From a virus (lineage: Duplodnaviria > Caudoviricetes): DNA of 64,000 nt. The stretch spans positions 1 to 64,000 of IMG/VR virus record IMGVR_UViG_3300014206_000010. The stretch is one strand, 5' to 3'. Within the stretch, counting starts at the first letter, position 1, and each line of letters begins with the position of its first letter. This document shows, piece after piece, positions 9,683-19,636 of this stretch. The notes below the pieces were generated by a model. It made no database searches and had not been told where the DNA came from. It was given only the letters and a program-made list of their open reading frames with translations. Made by a program: the position numbers and the translations under genes.

Positions 9683-11005
9683 TTACTTATTTTTTGGTTG
9701 AAGTTCAATGAATTTAGTTCTTTCTTTTCCCCAAGAATCAAACACGTAACCAGGAACAATTTCAACATTAGCAAGTTGAGAAATCACTCCTTTTAATATG
9801 TATCCTATGTCCATATTTATACGATTAGCAAATATATCTATTTCACCAGTAGGTCTTCTCAATCTATTTATTGGATTGTTATAAGTAGTGTTCATATAAT
9901 CCGCTTCTTTTATATCCCCTTGTTTGCCGTAACTCGATTTATTCATAAATACAGAACTTGGGTCAGAAGTTGTCGAAGGATTAAAAAAGAAACTACCATC
10001 TTCTATTAACAATTTCATTAAATCTCTTCCTGTTATTTCAACATAAGCGTCAGAATTTTGAGAATTTGATATCACTTTAACATCATCTACTAAAGCAATC
10101 ATATCATATACTCCTTGAGAAATAGCAGTATTGATATCAAAATTATCTTCATCTCCAAAAGCAAATTCATCTCTTTTAGTTTCCATTTCTAATTTTTCAA
10201 AAGAAATAAAAAGCAAATCATTAGATGAAATTAACCAATTGAAATAATTAGATTCAATATCTCCAAATTCTGATTTAACATAATATTCTCCTTGATTTCC
10301 AAATTTATATGCTGTTTTATCTTTTGTTGCTCTTCCAAATTTACCAGAAGGATTAAACACTCCTTTTTCATTTTTACCAACTGAAACAATTCCCGCATTT
10401 CTTGCACTTATAATAGGTAATTTCATCGTAAAACTCCCGCCATTTGAAGTTACAGTTGTGGCTAAAGAAATAACATGATTACTTAAATTAGAAAATTCTG
10501 TAAGCCATGATTTTGAAAGATATCCTGGTTTACCATCTGCATATAGTCCTGTATAATAAAGGCTTTTAAACCAACCAAAAACTTGACAATCTAAACTTCT
10601 TTTTGTAGTTGTATCTATTTTATATCCTTCGTTTTGAAATATTTTTTGTATTTTTTCATCTGCAAAAGCATAAAAATCAGAAGTGTCAATTTGAAAATTT
10701 GTTTGACTTATAGCCGTTTCAGCCATAACTTTACTTGGATTAACTTTTAATGTACAAGGAGAAGGTAACCACATATCAATAGTTAAATCAGAAGCACTTT
10801 TAGGATATTTCCCATTTTTTGCTTTTTCTATTTTTTTATCAGAATTAGACATTTGTCTCCAAATTAAATCACGATTTAATTCAAACAAATCTTTAGGTTC
10901 TATACCATAAATGAAATTCCTTTCCATAAATTCAGAAATATTCATTTCTTTTTCTCTATGATACAAAAAAATATAATTATTATTATTTTCAATATTTTCT
11001 GACAT
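9683..11005 (-). CDS. Baseplate hub, N-terminal part
   Basis: Directly after tape measure; 'IALVDDV...VEITGRDLMKLL' gpD/gp27-like hub pattern. Confidence 0.55.
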   Translation of the reverse strand: MSENIENNNNYIFLYHREKEMNISEFMERNFIYGIEPKDLFELNRDLIWRQMSNSDKKIEKAKNGKYPKSASDLTIDMWLPSPCTLKVNPSKVMAETAISQTNFQIDTSDFYAFADEKIQKIFQNEGYKIDTTTKRSLDCQVFGWFKSLYYTGLYADGKPGYLSKSWLTEFSNLSNHVISLATTVTSNGGSFTMKLPIISARNAGIVSVGKNEKGVFNPSGKFGRATKDKTAYKFGNQGEYYVKSEFGDIESNYFNWLISSNDLLFISFEKLEMETKRDEFAFGDEDNFDINTAISQGVYDMIALVDDVKVISNSQNSDAYVEITGRDLMKLLIEDGSFFFNPSTTSDPSSVFMNKSSYGKQGDIKEADYMNTTYNNPINRLRRPTGEIDIFANRINMDIGYILKGVISQLANVEIVPGYVFDSWGKERTKFIELQPKNK

Positions 11006-11008
11006 TAT

Positions 11009-13003
11009 TTAATTTCCTCCTGATTTAGTTCTATTTGGAGCAGGCATAGTTGAAGTTCCAGTCATTTTACCCAAAATTTCATTCATCTTTGATAACACTT
11101 CTTTTTTACCTGTAGTCCAAGTTGTTATGAATTCAGTTGACTGAGTACCAAGCGTATCTTTTTCTTCCTTTGCCCATTCATTAATAGCTTTTTGATTCTT
11201 TATAGGTTTGCCTAAAAGATTACCTGGTAAACCACCTTTATTAAATTGATTTATATATTTATCAAGTCTGTCTGGAGCGACATTCGGTAATAAAGATTTG
11301 AAAGCAAAATATCCCATTCTGGTATCAGTTCCTCCGAATTGAGAAGTTATTCTTTGAATAACAGATTTCATTATCTTTCCTTCATTTTCAGGATTTCTTA
11401 ATTCACGATCAATTAAATCCATACGACCTCCTGTTTTTGGGAATAAATCAGCAACTGAACTATATATCAAAGCCCTCATTCTTTCGTTCATAGGATTTTG
11501 AATCATATTTTGAAACGATTGAATATCACTTCCAATCCTTGTGTCTTGAGTTATTCCTTTAACAGAAGAAAATGCAGAAAGCATTTTATTTGCTGTATCA
11601 TAATTAGGTTTATCAGTTCTATTCATATACGAACCCATCAATTGTTGTTGGATATCATATTTTTCTTGAACTCTTGTAAAATCATTCATAGAAACGCCAG
11701 AACCTTTAATTTGGTCTAATATTTCTACCAATCTTGTTATAGCATCTGTTACATTAATACCGTATCTGTCATATTTACTACCTTTTTGTAACGCACCTTG
11801 ATCAAGAGCTAAATTTCTTTCTAACCCAACTTGTCTTAAAGTTTCAGCAAACCAATCATTAGAAGTTCCACGTGCTTTAACACGTCTTGCTGCCTCTCCT
11901 CCGAACTCTTCTGTACCATAACCATAGTCGCTTATATTCATACCTCTCAATGACATGTTAGGTAATGTAGCACCTAAATATTGAGAAGCTTTGCCTCCTT
12001 GATACCCTGAAGTGGAACGAAATGCAGCAAGATTAGATAATGATTCATAAGAAGTGGAAGTCCCAGTGAGCATCTTAGCTGCTCCAGCAGTAACTCCTAC
12101 CCAACCTAAAAATTTCAAAGCAGTTTTTAATCCCATACCAGAAAGTCCTGCTATTGCTGAACCTCCTCCCATTATAGTTCCTCCAATATCTCCGCCTTGC
12201 ATCCCATTGAACATTCCCATAATACCTTGTGATCCCTGAAGCATAGAATCATAATAAGGTTTTCCTTGAACTTGATTTCCTCCCGCCAAAACTTTTTTCA
12301 ATTGTTCATTCACATTTCTCAAACGTCCACTTGCATCCATAGCTCCAGATTCTGTTTGAGATAAATCACGTTCTGTCATTAAAGATTTTTGTTGAGCTCT
12401 TAATTTTCCTATATATGAATCAGGAGAAGCTCCAGCTCCTTGTCTTGATTGTCGATTAAAATATTCAGTAAGTTCTTTTATAGCAGAAGTAAGTTCAGAT
12501 TCAGATTTTGTTTTTTCAGTTTTTTCTTCTTCATTTATTTGTTCTTCTTCAACGTCATATTTACGTCCGACTCTTTTATATTCTGTTTCTCTTTGTTGTT
12601 CAACCTGTTGTTCAAGAACATTACGATATAATGGGTCATTAGCTTTATTTCCAAGTTTAGATAAACCAGATTTTCTTTTCTTTTCTACATTTTTATCAAT
12701 AGTATCATAATCAGAAGACATACGTTTTTGCATATCTGATCTTCTGGCATTATAACGTGATGAAATATCATCTTCAATTTTTATCTTTTCTTGACTTCTT
12801 ATAGCTTCGATTGCTTCTCTTGTAGATGTAACTCTTTGAGATTGAATTTCAGTTCTTACTTCATCTATCAACCTATCACTTGGAGGGATAGGAGTTGGAC
12901 GTGAAGAAGGTTCGACTCCATTAGTTGGATTGCGTGAAACATTGTCAAGTTCGTTCCTTAGCTGAGAAGCATTCCCACGTATATTTACTGTTACATCTGG
13001 CAT
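11009..13003 (-). CDS. Tape measure protein
   Basis: Follows tail chaperones; helical, with Gly/Ala/Met-rich hydrophobic segment. Confidence 0.7.
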   Translation of the reverse strand: MPDVTVNIRGNASQLRNELDNVSRNPTNGVEPSSRPTPIPPSDRLIDEVRTEIQSQRVTSTREAIEAIRSQEKIKIEDDISSRYNARRSDMQKRMSSDYDTIDKNVEKKRKSGLSKLGNKANDPLYRNVLEQQVEQQRETEYKRVGRKYDVEEEQINEEEKTEKTKSESELTSAIKELTEYFNRQSRQGAGASPDSYIGKLRAQQKSLMTERDLSQTESGAMDASGRLRNVNEQLKKVLAGGNQVQGKPYYDSMLQGSQGIMGMFNGMQGGDIGGTIMGGGSAIAGLSGMGLKTALKFLGWVGVTAGAAKMLTGTSTSYESLSNLAAFRSTSGYQGGKASQYLGATLPNMSLRGMNISDYGYGTEEFGGEAARRVKARGTSNDWFAETLRQVGLERNLALDQGALQKGSKYDRYGINVTDAITRLVEILDQIKGSGVSMNDFTRVQEKYDIQQQLMGSYMNRTDKPNYDTANKMLSAFSSVKGITQDTRIGSDIQSFQNMIQNPMNERMRALIYSSVADLFPKTGGRMDLIDRELRNPENEGKIMKSVIQRITSQFGGTDTRMGYFAFKSLLPNVAPDRLDKYINQFNKGGLPGNLLGKPIKNQKAINEWAKEEKDTLGTQSTEFITTWTTGKKEVLSKMNEILGKMTGTSTMPAPNRTKSGGN

Positions 13004-13011
13004 AATAATTA

Positions 13012-13368
13012 TTATTCTTCTTTGTTAAATTGTTTCAAATCTAAATTTTCATAATCATCTTCAATTTCATCTTCAGACAATTTAATTATTTCTTTTTTAT
13101 TTACATCATTTAACCCAAGAGCTTCATCTTCTTCATCCTCTTCATTATAGTTTTCTTCAGAAATAACTTTATTGATTGAAAGTTCTTCTTGATATTCTAT
13201 TAACATATCAATAAAGTTCATTTCTCTATGTTGAATAGAACCAAAAGGAATATTATATTTTTTTCTCCACCAATAATCTATGGCGAATCTATGCCATTCA
13301 AAAAGAAAATTATTTATTTCCTTCTTGAGTGTTTTTTTCTGATTCAATATCGTTTTCGTCATTTCCAC
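13012..13368 (-). CDS. Tail assembly chaperone, T-like downstream ORF
   Basis: Overlaps the upstream chaperone by 59 nt, immediately before tape measure. Confidence 0.6.
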   Translation of the reverse strand: MEMTKTILNQKKTLKKEINNFLFEWHRFAIDYWWRKKYNIPFGSIQHREMNFIDMLIEYQEELSINKVISEENYNEEDEEDEALGLNDVNKKEIIKLSEDEIEDDYENLDLKQFNKEE

Positions 13369-13714
13369 TTGCTGAATAAAGTTGTTTAACTAAATCATCA
13401 AACCAAGGTTTGATTTGTAATAGATACGCTTGAACAATATTTTTTACTTCATCCAGTTGCAAATTAGCATAATTTTTAATATCAAAATATTTACCAACTG
13501 AAGGTACGCATACCTGAAAAAATGCTATGGCATCTACAAGGTCTAAAGCCATGTACATACTTTTTACTCCTGATGCTGACATAGTACCATAACGATTACT
13601 TGTAAGAGCTTGTTTCAATGATTCCATGTCAATCATTTGACCTACGTTTGGAAATTTAGATGTAAAGTTCTTTTCACCAATGTTGAACTTAATTTCTCTT
13701 TGAATTGCGTTCAT
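13310..13714 (-). CDS. Tail assembly chaperone, G-like
   Basis: Between tail tube and tape measure; 134 aa. Confidence 0.7.
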   Translation of the reverse strand: MNAIQREIKFNIGEKNFTSKFPNVGQMIDMESLKQALTSNRYGTMSASGVKSMYMALDLVDAIAFFQVCVPSVGKYFDIKNYANLQLDEVKNIVQAYLLQIKPWFDDLVKQLYSASGNDENDIESEKNTQEGNK

Positions 13715-13745
13715 AATTTTTTACAATTTTAAAATATTTTATAAT

Positions 13746-13779
13746 AAAAAAAAGGTACTATATTTTCACATAGTACCTT
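13746..13779 (-). terminator. Intrinsic terminator after tail tube gene
   Basis: Stem AAGGTACTA/TAGTACCTT followed by T8 on the minus strand. Confidence 0.75.
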
Positions 13780-13799
13780 CTTTATAACTGTTATATTAG

Positions 13800-14300
13800 T
13801 TATACAACTCCATTATAAAGAATTGGTTCCAAATACTCAAATTCAGTATCACGACCTGAAATTTGACCTTCTTGAATATCAAATCCCTCACGAATCATAA
13901 AAGCTCCTACTGTTTTAGCAAAAGTTTCATATTTTGTTTTAACTAAACCAGTTTCATTGTCAATTGCTCCATCTTTTACTTTTCTGAGAATTGCAATTTC
14001 AAGTCCATCTTCTTGAAGTAGAATAGCATTTGACCATTCTTCAACAGTACCAGCATTTCTATATGCTCCTTTCTTCAGTTTATTAACCAAAAGATTAAAG
14101 TTGATAGTATATGAAGAACAGCTCAAAGAACCAGTCCATTCCAATGCAGGTAACTCACTTGGGTTTAAACGACCAACGCCAGTAACACGTCCACGTCTAA
14201 TATTTTCGGTGATACGAACGTTTTTCATTTTACCAACGGTTACTGAATTTATTTGAATGATTGCTAAAGGAGCAGTCATTACCTTTTCACTCTTTGCCAT
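13800..14300 (-). CDS. Tail tube protein
   Basis: 166 aa, immediately after the sheath gene; tube-like sequence. Confidence 0.8.
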   Translation of the reverse strand: MAKSEKVMTAPLAIIQINSVTVGKMKNVRITENIRRGRVTGVGRLNPSELPALEWTGSLSCSSYTINFNLLVNKLKKGAYRNAGTVEEWSNAILLQEDGLEIAILRKVKDGAIDNETGLVKTKYETFAKTVGAFMIREGFDIQEGQISGRDTEFEYLEPILYNGVV

Positions 14301-14323
14301 ATCCGTTTATTTTTTTTATTTGT

Positions 14324-15946
14324 TTAAATTTCTACCGAAAAATCAAGAATATTACCTATGAAGAATGTTTTATTAACTGGAATATTTGGAACAAAATCAT
14401 AAGTGATATAATAATCGCTATTCTTAGCAACTACCTTTACATTCTTCCAACTGACAAGCAAATTATCGTCTCCCGGATACGCTACCAAAGAAGCAAGTTT
14501 TGTTTCTGTAAAGTTCTTAACAGATTGAGGAGAAGCTTGAGCAACTGTTTGTCCAGTAAATCTTGTTTGACCTTCCAAAATCAATTCTTTATTCAATTGA
14601 GCTTTAATAAGTTCAACAGATAATTCAAATGATTGACCATCATCAGCAATAGTTTTCTTATTATCGAGAAGAGTTGTTATTCCTTGATTTACACACCAAT
14701 ATCCAGATACATTACGAACATGCATAATACCAGCTTGTAATGCTTCTTCTCTTTCTTTCTTTTTCAAATCATAAGCAAATGATTGATATCCTACACGTTT
14801 GAAAGTAAGTGGAGTTTGAGCAGCCATTCCTGCATTCAAACCTACTATTGCAGCAGCAAGATAGATAGTATTAAGTTGTTTTGTGCCATTTTGGTCTTTT
14901 CTTGTAATAACAGGTGCTCCATGTACCACGACTGCTTGACCTGAATTATAAAATTTAGCAATAGCTTCAGAAGAATTTGATTCACCAAATAAATCATCAC
15001 CATTTTCACCTCCAGGAACAACCATGAATTCTGTAAATTTAGCAGATTGTTTCAAGAAAGTAAATAATTTAGCATTTGTTGCCGCATCTACACCCTTACC
15101 TTCTGAAGCGTTAATGTTATCGCATAAGAAGAATGTTATATCAAGTTCTGAAATAGCTTCAAGAATATCAGAGTATTCTGAATCATTTAAAAAGGAAGTT
15201 GTTCCTCCAGTAGCCAATGTCTGAGGTATAGCAATTAAAGGAGTAGAATCGGCTCCTGTTTTACTAATAACAAAATTAGCTAACATATACTTGTTACTTG
15301 TAGCCCAAGTATAAAGTTCTGCCAAAGTTTTAAAATCAGAAGATTCAATAATCAAATTAGGTACTGAATCGGTTTCAGAATAAGCTCCAAATGATTCACC
15401 AGAAGCATCTTCTCCTGCGAATGAACCTCTATAAATTTGAAGTTTAAAGGTATCTGCTGTATCTCCAGCAACAACTTTTGCTGCATATCCTACCTTTAAA
15501 ACATCACTTATTGCTACTCCGTTACCAACAACTCCTTCATTTTTACATTTCAATTCCAGAGTATTTTCTGCTGAAAATGTTAAAGTTATTTTTGCACATG
15601 TAGTAGTTGCCGCACGCACATAATATAACTTCGGAGCACCTGATGCTCCTGATACTGGAGTAAAGATTTTTTGTGTAAAATCTCCAATTAAACCTCCTGA
15701 CATGAAAGCAAGAAAGTCTTCATAGTTCTGGAATTCATATACAGATTTCAATCCTTGATTGAGTTCTCCGTGAACACCTGAACCTCCAGCAAATTCATAA
15801 GAACCGCTTGCACTTAATCCTGTATCAATAATCATAACGTTACCAAATTCAGCAACGTTTGATACGGATGTAGGATTGTAAATGGTTGCGGCATATGAAC
15901 CAGGTTCGATATAGTTCTTGCCATAAAAATTTACATCTGTTGCCAT
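14324..15946 (-). CDS. Tail sheath protein
   Basis: N-terminal 'YIEPGSY'; C-terminal 'AAAIVGLNAG..PLTFK', 'LQAGIMHV...VNQGITT'. Confidence 0.9.
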   Translation of the reverse strand: MATDVNFYGKNYIEPGSYAATIYNPTSVSNVAEFGNVMIIDTGLSASGSYEFAGGSGVHGELNQGLKSVYEFQNYEDFLAFMSGGLIGDFTQKIFTPVSGASGAPKLYYVRAATTTCAKITLTFSAENTLELKCKNEGVVGNGVAISDVLKVGYAAKVVAGDTADTFKLQIYRGSFAGEDASGESFGAYSETDSVPNLIIESSDFKTLAELYTWATSNKYMLANFVISKTGADSTPLIAIPQTLATGGTTSFLNDSEYSDILEAISELDITFFLCDNINASEGKGVDAATNAKLFTFLKQSAKFTEFMVVPGGENGDDLFGESNSSEAIAKFYNSGQAVVVHGAPVITRKDQNGTKQLNTIYLAAAIVGLNAGMAAQTPLTFKRVGYQSFAYDLKKKEREEALQAGIMHVRNVSGYWCVNQGITTLLDNKKTIADDGQSFELSVELIKAQLNKELILEGQTRFTGQTVAQASPQSVKNFTETKLASLVAYPGDDNLLVSWKNVKVVAKNSDYYITYDFVPNIPVNKTFFIGNILDFSVEI

Positions 15947-16020
15947 AATCTTTTTTTTTGTTTAAATATAATTTATTTTCATTTTACAATATATCTATAC
16001 TTGATTTTTAAGAAGTATCA

Positions 16021-16701
16021 TCATTTATCTATCATGTTCATAATAATATAGAATTTTTTTGCTATTTCATTTCTAACAAGTTGAGGAACATTATGTTCAT
16101 ATGTGAATGATAAATTTATCACTTTGTGAAAAAATGGTACTGGCGATAAATCATCTTGCATCACTATATCATTTCCAGATAGTGAAGGAATACGAAGACC
16201 CATCAACTCCAAATGAGGAGTAAGCATTAGCAGCATACTTTTTATGATGTTGTATACTACGTTCACTTCAAAAGAATTATTGCTTGTAATCATGATTTGA
16301 TAGGTGCAATCATACATCTGAGTGAAATATTGTTGAGTTCCTGTTTTAATATTATTTTCATCAACGATGTCATCTTCAATATATCCTTCATCTTCTCCAA
16401 TAGTAGATTTACCTTGTTCAGAAGGCAATAATATGTGCATGGAAATACTTTGAGCAATCTTTTGATTATAACCAAAATTAACAGATAAATTGTCAGGTTT
16501 CAGTATCATCCTTTTAGCTTGCTTAAAATATTCATATAAATTCATTTTTATTTTTGCACCTTCTTCATCAATACCTAATATTTTATACAAAATAGTTTCT
16601 TCATCATTAGCTGGATGTTCAACTAAATCATTTCTCAATAATTTTACTATTGATTCCAAAGTATTAAAAATAACTATTTCAGGTAATAAAATTCCGCTCA
16701 T
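16021..16701 (-). CDS. Tail terminator/neck protein
   Basis: Last neck gene before sheath; Herelleviridae-like order. Confidence 0.6.
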   Translation of the reverse strand: MSGILLPEIVIFNTLESIVKLLRNDLVEHPANDEETILYKILGIDEEGAKIKMNLYEYFKQAKRMILKPDNLSVNFGYNQKIAQSISMHILLPSEQGKSTIGEDEGYIEDDIVDENNIKTGTQQYFTQMYDCTYQIMITSNNSFEVNVVYNIIKSMLLMLTPHLELMGLRIPSLSGNDIVMQDDLSPVPFFHKVINLSFTYEHNVPQLVRNEIAKKFYIIMNMIDK

Positions 16702-17501
16702 AATATTGTTTCTAAATATGTTGTTACTTCATTTTCTACAATTGTTTCAACATCAGTTTTTTCAATAGCTTCTTCAACTAAATGATATGCTTTAATTCCT
16801 CTATGAATCCAACTCAATGGGTCTGAATTTGCTCCTGCTCTTCTGAAAGTTCCATAAGTATTTTGAGATTTTTTACTATATTGAGCTTTTCTTTTTGTTA
16901 CCCCTTCATAAATAGAATTTTTATGTTGGTAAGTATCATATAAAATTCCACCCATTTCATTTGCAATAGCATCTCTTGATTTAGGAACTTCATAAGGTGA
17001 AGGAATTTCTTGAGCTTTTAATCCCTGTCCAGATGCTCTTTTTCTCATAATATCATAAACTTCTTGAGGCATTTCTCCAGTAAAACCTGCTTGTCCTAAA
17101 GTTCCTGGCGAACCTATACGAAAAGGAATTGTCAAATACCAATCTCCTCCTTTGGAAACTTGTTGACCTTTTTTATTATAAACTGGTATAGTGTATTTTA
17201 CTTTTCTTGACCTTTTAAAGCCTTCTTTAATATCAAAAGGAGAAGCTCCTTGTTCAATCATATTAGGAAGAGTTCCTGTTAATACAATTTGTTTAGTAAA
17301 TCTACCTTTATCAACTTTTATTAAATTTTGAGTATATTCAGAAAGTGTTGAATTTAACCTTTGTTTAGCAATAGCTTCCCAATTAGCATAGATTGAAGCA
17401 GTGACAGCATTTATACAAGTTTCTGTTAATGTATCAATTTTATCAGTTGCTAATCCGAATTGTGATTGTAATCCCGAAAGGTCAATTGTTATAGGATTCA
17501 T
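16698..17501 (-). CDS. Neck/tail completion protein
   Basis: 'GGDWYLTIPFR', 'WIHRGIKA' SPO1/Twort neck-like motifs; synteny. Confidence 0.6.
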   Translation of the reverse strand: MNPITIDLSGLQSQFGLATDKIDTLTETCINAVTASIYANWEAIAKQRLNSTLSEYTQNLIKVDKGRFTKQIVLTGTLPNMIEQGASPFDIKEGFKRSRKVKYTIPVYNKKGQQVSKGGDWYLTIPFRIGSPGTLGQAGFTGEMPQEVYDIMRKRASGQGLKAQEIPSPYEVPKSRDAIANEMGGILYDTYQHKNSIYEGVTKRKAQYSKKSQNTYGTFRRAGANSDPLSWIHRGIKAYHLVEEAIEKTDVETIVENEVTTYLETIL

Positions 17502-18324
17502 GATGTTATTGAATTTTCAAATCCTTCTTCTCCGAATTTTTGAGAATCAAATATATAATGAGCTTTCCTTGCTAACACATTTATAGGCATGTCCTTTAAC
17601 TTTCGTCTGAAAAGGTGCAATTTCTTTCACGAACTCTCATTAACTCACGATTAGCATCTATAACATGGAAAACTGGATAATGAGCGTATCTTATAGAAAT
17701 GCTTATAGGAATTTCAGATTTATCTTTAATATTTATATCATTGATTTCAATTAAATCTTGAATACCTAAACTAAATTCAATCCTATTCCCTACAATAGTA
17801 AAATCTTTTTTATCAATAGGAATTAATTGTTTATCATCAGCAGAAAAAAGATACATGTTTGTTATAAATAATGGCTCATAAACTGGATATGCTATAATTG
17901 AACCTTGAAAATATATAGGATTTAAAATTTCAGAATAATATGCTTCAAGTTGTGTTAATATTATCCTATCCATGAATCCCATTTTATCAATTCCTCTGGT
18001 AGTTATAGAAACTGTTCCACGGTTTGTTTCACTCCAATCTTGATAACGTTTTTTGTTATCCATATGTTGAGCGATAACTCTTGTTTCTCTTCTATCAACA
18101 AAAAACCAACCTCTTCCTAAACAATTTTTACAAGTAGAAAGAGCTTGGCCAGTGGCTTTATCAACGCATGGGCATCTTAATGCTCGGTCAATTAAAGCGT
18201 CATACCCTTGTGCGGTTATTAATTCATTAAAGTCTTGAACTCTCCAACCGACTCTTGGATCAACAACTTCTAAAGGAGTTTGAAACGTTACTGGTTTGTC
18301 TGAAATTATGCTTTTCTTTTCCAT
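17498..18324 (-). CDS. Neck/head-closure protein with an apparent 1-nt frameshift at ~17601-17603
   Basis: 'LRCPC...STCKNCLGRG' motif; the -1 frame continues (KLKDMPINVLARKAHYIFD...) to a TGA overlapping the next ATG. Confidence 0.65.
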
Positions 18325-19121
18325 TATAATACTTCAAAAGATATTCCCCTGTACTTAGATTTCAAAGCTGGTAACATTCTGTTTGTTTCATCAATGTAAT
18401 GTTTTATTCTGCCAGCAAATAGTCCTCCCGTTGAACTCCTTGATAAAGGAGTATTTTGACTCACTCCATCTAAATTCATTTGAATAGAAGTTACACCAAC
18501 TCCATATAATATATCTCCAATGACAGAAAGTACATTAATAGCAGCAAATTTAGCAATAAAATCAAATAAATCAGCAGGTATTTTATTCCATCCTGTTACA
18601 TATCTTGGTTTCCAATAATTTGGAATATAGGTTTGTCCAAACCATCCGAGGTGAGGAGACATTCCGTTATAAATTAAAGAATTTTGCGACATTGTAGCAC
18701 CACTTTTACTTCCTGTGTTAGGAATTAAATAGATGTTACGATAAACAGCCACCTCTTCTTGTTTTTTGATTGATAACCATTCCCTTGGATATGTTATTTG
18801 ACAAACATCATTAATCCATCCTTCAAGATTATCAATATAAGAAATAGGATACATTGTTCTGATATAACCCCAAGACATAAATTCTTGTCGATTGAAATCA
18901 CGATTTTCTTCTATGACTTGTTTTGTCAGTTTAATACTAAATAAACTTTCTACTTGTGTTTGAGCAGATTTAATATGTTGAGAAATAGCTTGAGATGATA
19001 ATTTCCTACCGTCGTTTGAACAAATAGGAATACCAAATAAATAATTCTCTAACAATTCTGTAGGAGACATAATTATCTCTACATTTTTGTTATATTGTAT
19101 TTTTAGTTTTAAACTTGGCAT
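18324..19121 (-). CDS. Head-tail adaptor/head completion protein
   Basis: First neck gene; 'YVTGWNKIPADL', 'SIQMNLDGVSQ' adaptor-like. Confidence 0.65.
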   Translation of the reverse strand: MPSLKLKIQYNKNVEIIMSPTELLENYLFGIPICSNDGRKLSSQAISQHIKSAQTQVESLFSIKLTKQVIEENRDFNRQEFMSWGYIRTMYPISYIDNLEGWINDVCQITYPREWLSIKKQEEVAVYRNIYLIPNTGSKSGATMSQNSLIYNGMSPHLGWFGQTYIPNYWKPRYVTGWNKIPADLFDFIAKFAAINVLSVIGDILYGVGVTSIQMNLDGVSQNTPLSRSSTGGLFAGRIKHYIDETNRMLPALKSKYRGISFEVL

Positions 19122-19142
19122 ATCAGAACAATGTTAATTATT

Positions 19143-19559
19143 TTAGTCTTCTTCCTCGTCGTCAGAACTTTCTACATTCACTTCATCAAATTTCTTAAGT
19201 AAATAAGAACTCATCAATTTTTTGCTTGTCAATTTTTCCCATTCTGCTTCCGGATATCCAGCTTCTTTTGCCATGTTTTTCATATCAACAAGCTGCATAT
19301 TTTTCAAACCTTCTTCAAATTCTTCTTTTTCAGAAAGTTTAGTGTCGTCCTCTTCATCATCCTCTTCATCATCGTCATCATCAACGACTTTTTCAGTTTT
19401 CTTCTTAAGATAATCCCAGTCATTAGTGCCAGTTATAAGATAAGCTGCACATTTAGGAGATACGTCTGTTACACCGTCAGCATCTATATTAATGGTACCA
19501 TCTACAGGTACGCAAAGTTTCATTGATGCTACTTTTGGATTTTTTGCTTTAATTTTCAT
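19143..19559 (-). CDS. Acidic hypothetical protein after the capsid gene
   Basis: D/E tract; conserved position in SPO1-like head modules. Confidence 0.5.
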   Translation of the reverse strand: MKIKAKNPKVASMKLCVPVDGTINIDADGVTDVSPKCAAYLITGTNDWDYLKKKTEKVVDDDDDEEDDEEDDTKLSEKEEFEEGLKNMQLVDMKNMAKEAGYPEAEWEKLTSKKLMSSYLLKKFDEVNVESSDDEEED

Positions 19560-19577
19560 TTTCTTTTACAGTTTAAG

Positions 19578-19611
19578 AAAAAAAAGGAAGGGTAATTTTC
19601 CCTCCCTTTTT
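19578..19611 (-). terminator. Terminator after major capsid gene
   Basis: AAAAGGGAGGG/CCTTCCTTTT stem plus T-run. Confidence 0.7.
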
Positions 19612-19636
19612 AATCAAGTTTAACAATTATGTTTAA

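Noticed and set aside
13330-13340. Canonical -1 frameshift at A_AAA_AAC in the tail chaperone
   Set aside because: The -1 frame stops after a few codons (AGG AAA TAA) and does not enter the downstream ORF
17598-17606. cdd-type CGA AAG -1 frameshift signal in the neck gene
   Set aside because: CGA AAG is in the destination frame, not the incoming frame, so it does not fit the known mechanism
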